DNA of 64,000 bases, taken from NCBI GenBank assembly GCA_963665815.1, contig OY762463.1, positions 2,080,001 to 2,144,000 of the forward strand, in the 5' to 3' direction. Made by a program: the position numbers and the translations under genes. Source of the stretch: Candidatus Cloacimonadales bacterium (GTDB taxonomy: Bacteria; Cloacimonadota; Cloacimonadia; Cloacimonadales; JAIOQZ01). This document shows positions 12,801 through 20,067 of this stretch, piece after piece (position 1 is the first letter of the stretch; every line of letters begins with the position of its first letter). The notes under the pieces are model-generated. The model was not told the origin of the DNA. It made no database searches and saw nothing but the letters and a program-made list of their open reading frames with translations.

Positions 12801-13772
12801 GACAATGTTTGACAAGTATTTTGTCTGGAAAATCTCCTGATAGGCGTCTCCAACCGGGAGATTGTTTTCGTCATAGTTTGCAGGATCTATGTTTTCGGAT
12901 CTCATCTCCTGATGGGGATCTATATACTCACATGTATCTTTTTCTTCATAGTTAAAAATAATTTCTTTACCATAAACATCAGTAATTTTCTTCAAGTACA
13001 TTGCCTTGGTGTAAGCAATTGAACTTTCCCCGACTCTTTCTTTTATCTGCATATACTCATAGTTTATTTCATCTCCCCAGTAATGGGTTTTCTTCGATAA
13101 ACACCATGAAGTTGTAAATAAATCTTGATTAACATTTACCTGATTCCCTGTATAATCGAAATATGAGAAACTTTGTTTTACTGTTGCTCCAATCCAGTCT
13201 CCCCATTTTATGGCACTTGTTCTCGCTTCGGGAGTATTCCCAAACTCTAATATATTGCCATTTTTAAGATCAATTACCCACCTGTCGTCTTCAGGGTAGA
13301 ATTTCAGAATCCAGGACTTATGCATTTTGCAGGTATAATTATGAACTGAGACCTCATTATTATTTTCGTCAAGCTCTGTATCTGTACTTGTTTTCTCTAT
13401 CTCAATGAATGCTCCATTCAGACTAAGATAGTAGTCATCATCGTAAGCTTGAGCAGTCTTTTTATGATTGCGGATTATTCGGTCTATACCAAATGACCAT
13501 CCAACTCCCAATATACCCGTGTAACTGTCTTGGTTCCATGTTTGAATCTGCTGCTGCACATTACTATTATATGTAGCATTCAAATTAACATCCAGTCCAT
13601 TTCGACCTTCAATATTTAACAATGGCACATTGAGATTAACATCTCCGGTAAATTCATTAACTGAGTTCTGGACAAGACTTTGAATATCTGTATTTAACGC
13701 ATTCAGTGAACCAAAGAATAGTAATCCCAGAAAAAACACAATAATGTGTTTTGTTTGTTTAAAACTCCACAT
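3819..13772 (-). CDS. Giant signal-peptide RHS/YD-repeat polymorphic toxin (SpvB/TcB-like half fused to RHS/TcC-like half, HExxH C-terminal tip)
   Basis: Signal peptide; VNEFTGDVNLNVPLL..LGVGW N-terminal motif; YD repeats; core KDHLGNIR..FYPFG..RFLDPQIGRWHSLDP..YCGNNP; about 360-aa tip containing VTHELSHIQD. Confidence 0.9.
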   Translation of the reverse strand: MWSFKQTKHIIVFFLGLLFFGSLNALNTDIQSLVQNSVNEFTGDVNLNVPLLNIEGRNGLDVNLNATYNSNVQQQIQTWNQDSYTGILGVGWSFGIDRIIRNHKKTAQAYDDDYYLSLNGAFIEIEKTSTDTELDENNNEVSVHNYTCKMHKSWILKFYPEDDRWVIDLKNGNILEFGNTPEARTSAIKWGDWIGATVKQSFSYFDYTGNQVNVNQDLFTTSWCLSKKTHYWGDEINYEYMQIKERVGESSIAYTKAMYLKKITDVYGKEIIFNYEEKDTCEYIDPHQEMRSENIDPANYDENNLPVGDAYQEIFQTKYLSNIVVQKNDLVMNTIRFEYQLNSYNLYSYLSAYSMTTNPELSTYDSYPDAAIAAINNYAAENYNKLDNELKKRYLTKISSFSSRNAEKSYLDFEYYQSSATIQSDGGQSVMPGLLRSISNKMGASIDYNYKVNTITNSQKTLMITRPVSTENPERDYGYYLSWFYSDYGIIGWVSSDRYMHLTLYEWDGYWKTTFLDEVYIANWKKKSNRRYKSEDNIYLKNGTCINSGYFAQYKWESEYIDEIIYTDSPENEVDSLWSEAALTNYIFDDSEYNYIVVEGDTIDKYNYYHYSFEYCISNFNGDSICTTPNRPVVTYSLTDSIYHYGLRIFYGVRKDPQSVFTEFPKEFTTCSSDEDSINFYKSFYSGKPYFDFDPQPNMVHYYPDISFDLNPDFFLMRVNGQSIAEEDDPVEITDRNEDRYAVAYHKNTGTDTWDKLSIGYDSSEDTGGLSFDINLNNYQITQELVDSLEVPGKLVCGSGDDYFVFFQDDWNFHKLYIWNEENNSWQLKPTTYSNYYISNYELVAEPDFYGIMTRFKDPSNPAATDTEYFYANPLVLRRNSCGEFVKVQLFNGIHSTAIGTGGGTDIQALFPEVSEYCVYGSHLTATDCIELTLTPGTNYVVLTGKYKIPANGNYATFRRIVDLVEDEDNIIASGRYNMKISDLAGPAITYATNDFVITSVENYYLDKGIREYTQSFGINYNCSVQHRSQDSWLFGQRYTEKEVPHQFMINDKSFSIGYTFFWGDVDHLFNRTYNIDPNNPISMFPDFHQNWLDAQDDSSDIQYWPSTNVGQFGAYSSFKNKTGRIGAIANASNHITINDYDLNSYDSFSRIAFHNRYGLWKGVHVINWADILSSSTFPEDEEEHPNRVLNEKYNTIYDLTFNDYFDIGVKLSHTSNNHFLIDANTPGDRTKIGFIRNEDIVRSILFSNSSDKFIWDLDGTPENAVLREFYFDTILQDDGKRFGNDSLWITRLTNMDMPDIVVDENGISNLQKDIAVASIYLYDNNSVRVKKITYDYNCDTAKMNVMGTNASYCEVKKQVNDDLGYVLTRYYNGYENFPSASLVDSLHRKDLLRGKKMHSLVYDDDDNLFSETQNFYRLLYIDGRKKIVLHKKISTVDGYPETSMYRYDETNGRLTQVEKYRTGYPTVIVSNRYWDEVYSDPGAPISNSIVQITTKTDNRITSDSFIAWDLFDGKWAIKATYKYKGDPDALSYLPSIPSNYPEFCGDWHRKSLILEYDEHMRPVSQIGDNHIKSNIFYNQENGLPLFTSQVCEPEEVLAESFEYPDNLVIDHTPYMLTGSPFEIEYGSGKTGEKSMKVSHTGNLFKMNFYYGKTYKISYWQKKHNTASDKDIELILTDTYTGSVTASFNSSPISELEWELKEFFYTHDNQSCPLENTYVTIEIGLDQASEGDYQLLDNLRIAPVDARLSSYTSDNVLSRHTSTTNSHNHITYTTYNYLDEKCHTLDTDGVPYSSTNVFMNQTKNTQIYVPAGCSNPSLVYAELNKNLGISASTLDKGFYESFDQNKWTEDWYIDGTPEIDSLRKYLHGSSVENIGLLHRNFSTVNKNLIIEFEATLGGENNTDAVEVIYNGPGQKISRTANNEILWYSGETSVPYRVNLPADEWHHYMFVIRKTDSSTAYDMIDLYIDGTCINADVELNKADYNCDITGFIITGQNTGIDNIAYLVNPSLSFEFMTCYGKKTQSVKYNMEDDTKHILQKHVYDLNGVEKEKYPPVPISYFNGRFVKDNCVQPCYDNYYNAINYSSNFEYEKSLRMRVTRSEKPTLSISEYYVNRYYGTQSNCSMGWTKGDSSFVKSRLFEPDELSYSNTIDKDNNGVVIQKDRIGRLISKTTFTSSAILERSYIYDEYGRLCGEISPALSQILSLSGATEITQAQQEMYMTTFRYDEKNRQISKTLPGNLRIDVVYDRYGRIVLKQDNRLREMDYWSFSKYDQYGRTILSGIFKNPDKLSRDSLQNYCDSYTGDMYEVPSGINFVIQQGYTNYMFPDINNCFIWSVNYYDNYDCDRNGTDDNTFTPVQQLDTGNALKYPSGQITMTKVRVMELGEYPEGIYDICPFDKKFIIEGSSIDIGPGFEMFGEQIADIGTDIDMTYFGTGWIEDVIFYDKKGQVIHTQNNNLAGMQTVTNEYNWAGQLTKSMQVQQVENTYIETRKTFVYNRTGNLLKSYCKIDNDEEILAEEYDYDEFGRVSAVNKHVHDTVITDAFNTDFSRIHHYDFQERGLQTVNFKYDYLGRLEMINNPRLTGTDLFGMQIMREKLTSYMEPFSDHIFHDGRVNAVIWNTADNFGLPGLSNDKYYSKMAYVYSYDSVGRMKKADFTYLNGSTWDTNNYFGIENMHYDENGNIQSLRRFARDENGVRQSIDDLTYSYSGNRLIGVTDNASITGTGFIDGFSSSTEDEYLYDSNGNMIKDRNKGFDIRYNLFNLPELMIKRTDDADDMKNRIRFVYSATGERLQKIVTADDRVTQKVNYVNGLVYTHYAEDTASEDEIVINTSFGRQVRDFTAQVGEQQWRYEYELKDHLGNIRVVFTENTDGTALVIQNNTFYPFGMKVPMLCSQSTEYRFIGKNREIIDEHGLNWIYWGKRFLDPQIGRWHSLDPAEQFDSPYVYCGNNPANFVELDGAISLSYRQEQYAKLQSLYRGFRGMSLNAEDDWNYAQNFELQMLNYEIDACGGYVEWSASVRREQIEEKLFWAEQEAKKSYDDEFSLVDKRNLGWRNGTADTSTTSKDKMEKLHADLANRLEEEGFKKEDGTAYTADDFALLFLDFNAQYSAEFVDDFVDSIGTIAGEGGPEGKKLLNDIFGALAKGSIITLHDASLGKNAASTINCVRPNGDDNMFDLSLDFHNTYTSAGKVLSNVRTVTHELSHIQDLTGNADRSNIWKSGHWYTFNRKTNFYIVDREKHKPVFGIFSTGDKKEQYAMLNSNQIMLNIKNSNIKHNDIYRKHDLGSNYDLRTSHTVHQIYEHYYRGDIYGNPFQNWRN

Positions 13773-13786
13773 ATTTCCCCCGGGAT

Positions 13787-14890
13787 TTAGTTTGTTTTTT
13801 CTTCTAAGGTTTGTAACTGAGCTTTTACCTGTTCAAGGACTTCATTCTGTTCATTATTTCTTTTTTCAAGTTCAATAATATATAGGGTAAGTTCTTCTAT
13901 TTTTTTGAGCAGTACAGCTTGGTTTTCAACAATATCTATACCATTTTCTTTAATATCTGATTGTGTCGGTACGTTTGGTAAATGATTATTCTCTGAAACA
14001 TAATTGTTCAGTTCATGTAAAGGCATAAGTTGGTAGTCTTCCTTAAAAACATAGTCCGGCCAGAAAGTTGTGTCATCAATTTCTCTTACTTTCAAGTTTG
14101 TTGCTGCAACTGTTCCTCTGAAAAAATATGTCATAGGCATGGGGGTTGGTAAAACACCAGTCTGAATAAATCTTGGTAAATATGTGTAACTATTCTCTAC
14201 CCCTGTTATCTCACCACTTTCATTATACATCGGTTTGCCAAAAGAATATGTATAAGTGTACCCAGAAATATCTGTACCGGTTGATTTGAAAATTGATAAC
14301 CCTGTGTCTCTATTTATTGTAAAGGTATTATCAGCTTGTGAATCATAAAATTTTAGTAAACTAATGTCTAGATGAGAGTATTTGGTGCCATCCTGTTCAT
14401 TGAATAATTTAAGTTTCTGATTATCAAGGTATGAGGATATTTCTCCCTCTTCTTCGGGGTCGCCATTATCAAAAAACATATATGTTCCTGTTAAGGCTAA
14501 TTTAGGTACAACTGATGAAGCTACACTAGTGTTCCAATCTCCAATTACTAAACCTCCAGGGAAGAATTCCATAGATGATTTTACACAATCTGCATTTTCA
14601 TCCCAAAATCCAACTGAAAGTTGATTAACGTTATCATGAAAGAATCCACATTGTCTATCACCTTCGTCATCCCAACCAAACTTTATCCTACTGGCATTGA
14701 ATAAACCATATCTTTCTTCTGAGGTCTCTGTTTCTTCTAAAACTTTGACATTCCCTTTGGTTTCAACATTCTCGTCTGGATCTAATATTCCTATCCCAAG
14801 TTTACCATTAATTGTCACATCATCCGGGTCATCCGCAAATACCATGATTGATATCAGTAACATAACTCCTAATAAAATACTTTTTTTCAT
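13787..14890 (-). CDS. Exported fibre/chaperone-like protein with WPDYVF and C-terminal coiled coil (paralogue 1)
   Basis: Signal peptide; GKLGIG..P; C-terminal [29 protein letters not shown] followed by a coiled coil, resembling tail-fibre intramolecular-chaperone-type C-termini. Confidence 0.75.
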   Translation of the reverse strand: MKKSILLGVMLLISIMVFADDPDDVTINGKLGIGILDPDENVETKGNVKVLEETETSEERYGLFNASRIKFGWDDEGDRQCGFFHDNVNQLSVGFWDENADCVKSSMEFFPGGLVIGDWNTSVASSVVPKLALTGTYMFFDNGDPEEEGEISSYLDNQKLKLFNEQDGTKYSHLDISLLKFYDSQADNTFTINRDTGLSIFKSTGTDISGYTYTYSFGKPMYNESGEITGVENSYTYLPRFIQTGVLPTPMPMTYFFRGTVAATNLKVREIDDTTFWPDYVFKEDYQLMPLHELNNYVSENNHLPNVPTQSDIKENGIDIVENQAVLLKKIEELTLYIIELEKRNNEQNEVLEQVKAQLQTLEEKTN

Positions 14891-15206
14891 TTTTCCTCCA
14901 ATATTGATGCATTATATTTGAATTAAGTTTTTATTTTATTTCCTACATAAATTTTACCTTCATTTTTGTTTGTTCTAGTTATTAAAAGTATACATTGAAA
15001 TGTCAATATTTTTTTAAATTGCAAATTTTAAGGCTTAATGATACATTTTAAAGAAATTGTTATGTCTTTATTATAGTATTGCTGCTCTAAGTTAAATTGT
15101 ACAAATGGAATTCCAATAATTGCACCTTATCACAAATTATTTATGACTTGGGATCTTCACTATTTCTTACATCGAGCATTATACAATTTTTTCCTCATCA
15201 GAAATA

Positions 15207-15234
15207 TTGACTTCAAAAACACTTTTAATATTCT
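15207..15234 (+). promoter_or_regulatory. Candidate sigma70 promoter of the secretion operon
   Basis: TTGACT-16 nt-TATTCT, then GGAGGA RBS at 15245 and ATG at 15254. Confidence 0.4.
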
Positions 15235-15253
15235 TTGCAATATTGGAGGAATT

Positions 15254-15667
15254 ATGAGAAAATATAACATGATTAACTCAAATAAAGGTTTTTCATTGAT
15301 GGAAATTCTGATAGTTATTGTCATTATCGGAATACTTGCCACCCTGGCAGTACCTAAATACATGAGTATAACCAGAAAAGCTAAAGAAGCCGAAGCAAAA
15401 CTAATGCTTAATCAGGTGCATACATTGCAGGAATCATATTATTCGGAAAATGATGTTTATGCTGACACTATAGAAAAACTGGGCTTTGAACATGAAAAAC
15501 TGATCTCCGACGGTGGTAAGGCAAGATTCAGAATTGCTATAGAAAAAGGAAACATGGAATCTTACAAAGCAACTGCAACCTCAATTGTTGACTTTGATAA
15601 AGACGGTAATTTCAGTGTATGGGAAGTAGACGAAGAAGGCAAAATCACAAACGTTAATCCAGACTAA
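15254..15667 (+). CDS. Major type IV pilin / pseudopilin
   Basis: Class III signal KG|FSLMEILIVIVIIGILATLAVP. Start moved from 15143 to ATG 15254 because of the RBS. Confidence 0.9.
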   Translation: MRKYNMINSNKGFSLMEILIVIVIIGILATLAVPKYMSITRKAKEAEAKLMLNQVHTLQESYYSENDVYADTIEKLGFEHEKLISDGGKARFRIAIEKGNMESYKATATSIVDFDKDGNFSVWEVDEEGKITNVNPD

Positions 15668-15670
15668 TCA

Positions 15671-17011
15671 ATGAGAATATCATCCCAAAGAGGCAGCGCT
15701 CTCATGAGTGCTTTGTTTATTCTGGCAATAATTACCATTGTTGTTGTGCTGATTCTTTCACTTGATCTGTTTCAGGTAAAGATGTTCCGAAAGGATAACA
15801 ATAGACTTCAGGCAATTTATAATGCTGAATCTGCAGTCAATCAACTGCTTGCATCCGGAGAGAAAGTTAAGATTAGCACAGGAGAACCAAACAGGGTAAA
15901 ACTTGACTGGGGAGATGAAGCAGATGTTTCTTTTCAGACATTTGGAGCGTTAATAGGTTTTGAATCTATCGGTTATTGTAAGACCAGTAAGCAATCTATA
16001 TCCGGGTACATCGGAAACAAAGAACTTGATGTAATGGAGAACGCACTTGCAGTTTATAACAGCAGTACTGACTTATCTCTCACTGGAGATTTCAGTATAA
16101 ACGGAGATATGCTTCTCAATAGACGATATGCAAAAAAATCTCTCAAAGGTATAGGATTCAAGGGACATGTCAACTCTGTAGTAAAGAAGCTTACTACTGA
16201 TTTTCCGGATATTGATTTTTCACAATTAGATGACTTCAAGAGTAAACTCGTGCGGGACTTCAGAGCTCCAACAGATGGAGTTAAGAATCATGCACTTTGG
16301 GGAAGAAAAATTTTTTCGACATCGAATGATATAACATTGAATAGCAGGTCATCTCATAAATCAGAGCAGGCAGGAATTATAATTACAACAGGGAAACTCG
16401 TTATAGAAGGATCATACAGATGCACTTCAGGCTGTATCTATATGGCAGAAGAGATAGTCCTTCAGGACGAAATTGAGGGGAACTACAATATATTTTACGC
16501 TACTAAATCCCTAATTGTAAAAGATGAGGTAAATCTGAGTGCTCAGTTAATATCAGAAGGAACAATCACAATTGAGGACAAAGCAGTTCTTGTATATCCG
16601 TCTCTGGTTCTGGCAACAAGAGAGAAGACATCTAAAACTCCTGCTCAGTTAATCCATCTTAAAGGTGAATCTCAAGTTAACGGATCGGTAATATTTTTCG
16701 ATAAGTCAACTCGAGTGAACAACAGAGTCAGAGATATTCTAATCGAGGATACGGCAACTGTTAATGGATTGGTGCTTTGTAATAGTCTGCTTGAGATGGG
16801 GGGAATTGTGCAGGGATCTGTTATTACTGCTAATGCCGGTTTTTATGAATCACCTGCATACTATGTTAACTGGATCAGAGCCGGAGCAATAAACAGACCG
16901 GAGAGAATGAACTCCTTGACTTTACCGGCAATGTTCTCTGATAGTCCGGGAATGGAAATACTGACACTTAGGAAATCGGATAACCCCGTGAAGAAGGCTG
17001 CAGATGAATAA
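15671..17011 (+). CDS. Large minor pilin (PilX/GspK-like)
   Basis: QRG|SALMSALFILAII lacking Glu5; QAIYNAESAV motif; beta-helix-like C-terminal part. Confidence 0.75.
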   Translation: MRISSQRGSALMSALFILAIITIVVVLILSLDLFQVKMFRKDNNRLQAIYNAESAVNQLLASGEKVKISTGEPNRVKLDWGDEADVSFQTFGALIGFESIGYCKTSKQSISGYIGNKELDVMENALAVYNSSTDLSLTGDFSINGDMLLNRRYAKKSLKGIGFKGHVNSVVKKLTTDFPDIDFSQLDDFKSKLVRDFRAPTDGVKNHALWGRKIFSTSNDITLNSRSSHKSEQAGIIITTGKLVIEGSYRCTSGCIYMAEEIVLQDEIEGNYNIFYATKSLIVKDEVNLSAQLISEGTITIEDKAVLVYPSLVLATREKTSKTPAQLIHLKGESQVNGSVIFFDKSTRVNNRVRDILIEDTATVNGLVLCNSLLEMGGIVQGSVITANAGFYESPAYYVNWIRAGAINRPERMNSLTLPAMFSDSPGMEILTLRKSDNPVKKAADE

Positions 17012-17351
17012 TCGAGGCTCAACTCTCATTGAAATTGTAGCATCAATAGCTATACTGACAATTGTAAGTGTAATATCTCTTAGTGTTCTTGTCAAAGTAG
17101 TTCGATCAAAGAAAACAGAGAAGCTATTAAGAAACAGGATTCTGGCGACGCAGTGTCTGGAGGAAACACTTTATACCGAAGCAATTTCAGATACAACTTA
17201 TTCTGAAGGAAGGTATATCATAAAAAGAGAGATAGAAAAGAAGGAAAATCACATCAATATAATGGTTAAATCAATATGGAAAAAAAACGCATCAACTGAG
17301 GTAAAACTGTGTTACACAAAACCGATAAAAATCACAACGGATTCACATTAG
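17004..17351 (+). CDS. Minor pilin (PilV/GspI-like)
   Basis: NRG|STLIEIVASIAIL. Confidence 0.8.
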   Translation: MNNRGSTLIEIVASIAILTIVSVISLSVLVKVVRSKKTEKLLRNRILATQCLEETLYTEAISDTTYSEGRYIIKREIEKKENHINIMVKSIWKKNASTEVKLCYTKPIKITTDSH

Positions 17352-17821
17352 TTGAAATTGTTGCTGTAATTGCCCTGATCGGCATAATTACAGTACTTTC
17401 CTTTATGGTGTATTCCAGAGTGCACAGTAGTTTTTACTCATGGAAACAGTCGAATTTGCTAAATGCCAGAGTATCGAATACTATTACTCAGTTGCAGAAT
17501 GATTTCTCTTTTATTGAGAAATCCGAACTAATGCAGAACGACCTGAAGCTAACAGTTAACTCTGATGTGACTCACTATGTTTATATGGATTCTACTCTAC
17601 AAAGGAATAGTCGACTCCTTACCTCAGAGGATGTGGAAATATCTGATTTATCAGTTATATTTCATGAAAATAACAAAACTTTTAATTTCTGTTTGACTGA
17701 TTCATCGGATATGGAACTCTTAACTTTAGACAACATTGAATTTACAGAATTCAGTATTATCGCGAAAACTAAAAATGATACGGTTTCTTATTCAGGAGCT
17801 GTGAGAAACAAATACAAATGA
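17309..17821 (+). CDS. Minor pilin (PilW/GspJ-like)
   Basis: NG|FTLVEIVAVIALIGII. Confidence 0.8.
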   Translation: MLHKTDKNHNGFTLVEIVAVIALIGIITVLSFMVYSRVHSSFYSWKQSNLLNARVSNTITQLQNDFSFIEKSELMQNDLKLTVNSDVTHYVYMDSTLQRNSRLLTSEDVEISDLSVIFHENNKTFNFCLTDSSDMELLTLDNIEFTEFSIIAKTKNDTVSYSGAVRNKYK

Positions 17822-18900
17822 GAATTAACAAAGAAAAACAAAGCCGAATGAGCCTTCTGAAAAAGCTGAAATCAGCAAAGATTGTGCTTGATTTTACTAA
17901 AAGTCTGTCAGTGCTACTTAATGCCGGCATACCTCTGGTAAAAGCTCTAACAACTCTGATGCAGCAGGCAGAAGATTCTGATTTCAAGCCTGTTCTGAAA
18001 AGTATCATTAACAGGGTGAATAAAGGGAAGACCTTTTCAGAGGCTTTGACAAAGCATATAGAATACTTCGATGCAATGTACATACATATTGTTTCTGTTG
18101 GAGAAAAGACAGCAAAACTGGGACTTGTTCTGGAGAAGCATGCTGACTATCTACTCAAAATCCGCAAGATGAAACAGCGTCTTATGTATGCAATGCTGTA
18201 TCCGGCAATAATTATTGTATTCTCATTTCTGGTTGTAACCTTTCTGATATTGTTTCTTTTCCCAACAATCAGTGAAATATTTACTGAGTTCAACACTAAG
18301 ATTCCTACAATCACAAAATTTATTCTTCAGATAAACGAGAACTTCCCGACAATATTGTTCTCAATCATTGGTATTATAGTAATAAGTGTACTGTTTTTTA
18401 AGTATAACAAGCTCTCACCCGAATCAATCGCAAAACTCCATAGATTTCAGATGAGGATTCCCTTAATCAATAACATTATCCTTCAGAATACTATGTCTCG
18501 TCTATGCAGGACAACCGGACTTTTGATAGAAAGCGGTGAATCACTCAGTCAGTCATTGAGAATAGGTCTGAGAGTTATAAATAATCAGTATCTGAAGAAG
18601 AAAACAAAGATTATTCAGAAACAGGTTAAATCGGGATCATCTCTCAACAAAGCATTCGCAAAGACAGGCATTTTCCCGCAAATGGTATTGCAGATGGTAG
18701 AAGTTGCCGAACAAAGTGCAAACTTGAGTGAAATACTTGTGTATATTGCAGATCAGTATGATTCTGAACTTGACAAAACAATAGATGCATTAAGTTCTCT
18801 CTTAGAACCAATATTGATATTATTTATTAGTGTAATTATAGGAGGAATAGTAATCGCTCTGTATCTGCCGTTGTTTGATATGGTAACGATTGCTGCGTAG
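17818..18900 (+). CDS. GspF/PilC inner-membrane platform protein
   Basis: FTKSLSVLLNAGIPL, GKTFSEAL, AMLYP, LLEPILI..IALYLPLF. Confidence 0.93.
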   Translation: MRINKEKQSRMSLLKKLKSAKIVLDFTKSLSVLLNAGIPLVKALTTLMQQAEDSDFKPVLKSIINRVNKGKTFSEALTKHIEYFDAMYIHIVSVGEKTAKLGLVLEKHADYLLKIRKMKQRLMYAMLYPAIIIVFSFLVVTFLILFLFPTISEIFTEFNTKIPTITKFILQINENFPTILFSIIGIIVISVLFFKYNKLSPESIAKLHRFQMRIPLINNIILQNTMSRLCRTTGLLIESGESLSQSLRIGLRVINNQYLKKKTKIIQKQVKSGSSLNKAFAKTGIFPQMVLQMVEVAEQSANLSEILVYIADQYDSELDKTIDALSSLLEPILILFISVIIGGIVIALYLPLFDMVTIAA

Positions 18901-18907
18901 GAGAATT

Positions 18908-20062
18908 ATGAAAATTTCAGTAATACAGAAAGTTAACAAAATAATTTCAGAAGCTGTCAGTAAAAGGTCAAGCGATATTCATTTCGAGTCATACAGCAGT
19001 TCTTTCAGAGTTCGCTACAGAATAGACGGAGCATTGCAGACAATTGAAACATTGCCATTACGACAGAAAGAGGAGTTCATCTCAAGAATAAAAATCATGG
19101 CTGATCTGGATATTGCCGAAAAGCGAAAACCTCAGGACGGTAAATGTACATTCAAGTATGATAATCGTGATATTGATATCCGTGTGTCTGTTTTTCCAAC
19201 TCAGTATGGAGAAAAGGTAGTTCTCAGGATTCTTGATAAAAGCAGGATGCAGATCACTCTTGAATCAATTGGGATGAATGCGGAAGAGCAGAAGGTTTTC
19301 CGGAAAGCAATCAATAACCCTCATGGAATGATTCTGGTGACAGGACCAACCGGAAGCGGTAAGAGTACGACAATTTATTCAGCTATGAAAGAACTTAATG
19401 ATGATGCTGTGAATATAACAACGATTGAAGACCCAATTGAGTATAATCTTGACGGAATCAATCAGTCACATGTCAGACCGGATATAGGATATACATTTGC
19501 CACATCTTTAAGATCAATACTCCGACAGGACCCAGATATCATCATGGTTGGAGAGATGAGGGATCATGAGACTGCTGAGATAGCTGTTCAGTCATCTTTA
19601 ACCGGTCACATGGTGATTTCCACATTGCACACAAACGATGCTGTTTCCACTATTACCCGTCTGATCAATATGGGAATAGAACCATTCCTTGTGGCTTCAT
19701 CTGTTAAACTGATAATTGCCCAGAGACTGGTTCGGACAATATGCCCGGATTGTCAGGAAGAATATAAACCTGAGGAACACATTCTGGAGAATCTGGGATT
19801 AAGCGTAGACAGAACATACATACACGGGGCAGGATGTGAAAAATGTAATAACACCGGTTATTACGGTAGAACAGCAGTGTTCGAAATGATGCCGGTTAAC
19901 AATGGAATTGTACAGTCAATATACAGTTCCTATAATGAAAACGTTATAAAAGAAATTGCTTTGAAGGAAGGAATGAAAACACTTCTGGATAATTCAATAG
20001 AAAAGATAAAGCAGAATATTACAACACCGGATGAAGTTGTAAGAAAGATTATATCCGGATAA
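18908..20062 (+). CDS. GspE/PilB assembly ATPase (short, without N-terminal N1 domain)
   Basis: SDIHFE, RYRIDG, Walker A GPTGSGKST, TIEDPIE, LRQDPD, STLHTND, CxxC..CxxC; AGGAG RBS before ATG 18908. Confidence 0.95.
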   Translation: MKISVIQKVNKIISEAVSKRSSDIHFESYSSSFRVRYRIDGALQTIETLPLRQKEEFISRIKIMADLDIAEKRKPQDGKCTFKYDNRDIDIRVSVFPTQYGEKVVLRILDKSRMQITLESIGMNAEEQKVFRKAINNPHGMILVTGPTGSGKSTTIYSAMKELNDDAVNITTIEDPIEYNLDGINQSHVRPDIGYTFATSLRSILRQDPDIIMVGEMRDHETAEIAVQSSLTGHMVISTLHTNDAVSTITRLINMGIEPFLVASSVKLIIAQRLVRTICPDCQEEYKPEEHILENLGLSVDRTYIHGAGCEKCNNTGYYGRTAVFEMMPVNNGIVQSIYSSYNENVIKEIALKEGMKTLLDNSIEKIKQNITTPDEVVRKIISG

Positions 20063-20067
20063 ATGAG

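Noticed and set aside
15143-15253. ORF-track N-terminal extension of the pilin
   Set aside because: RBS and prepilin leader length favour ATG 15254; this region contains the likely promoter.
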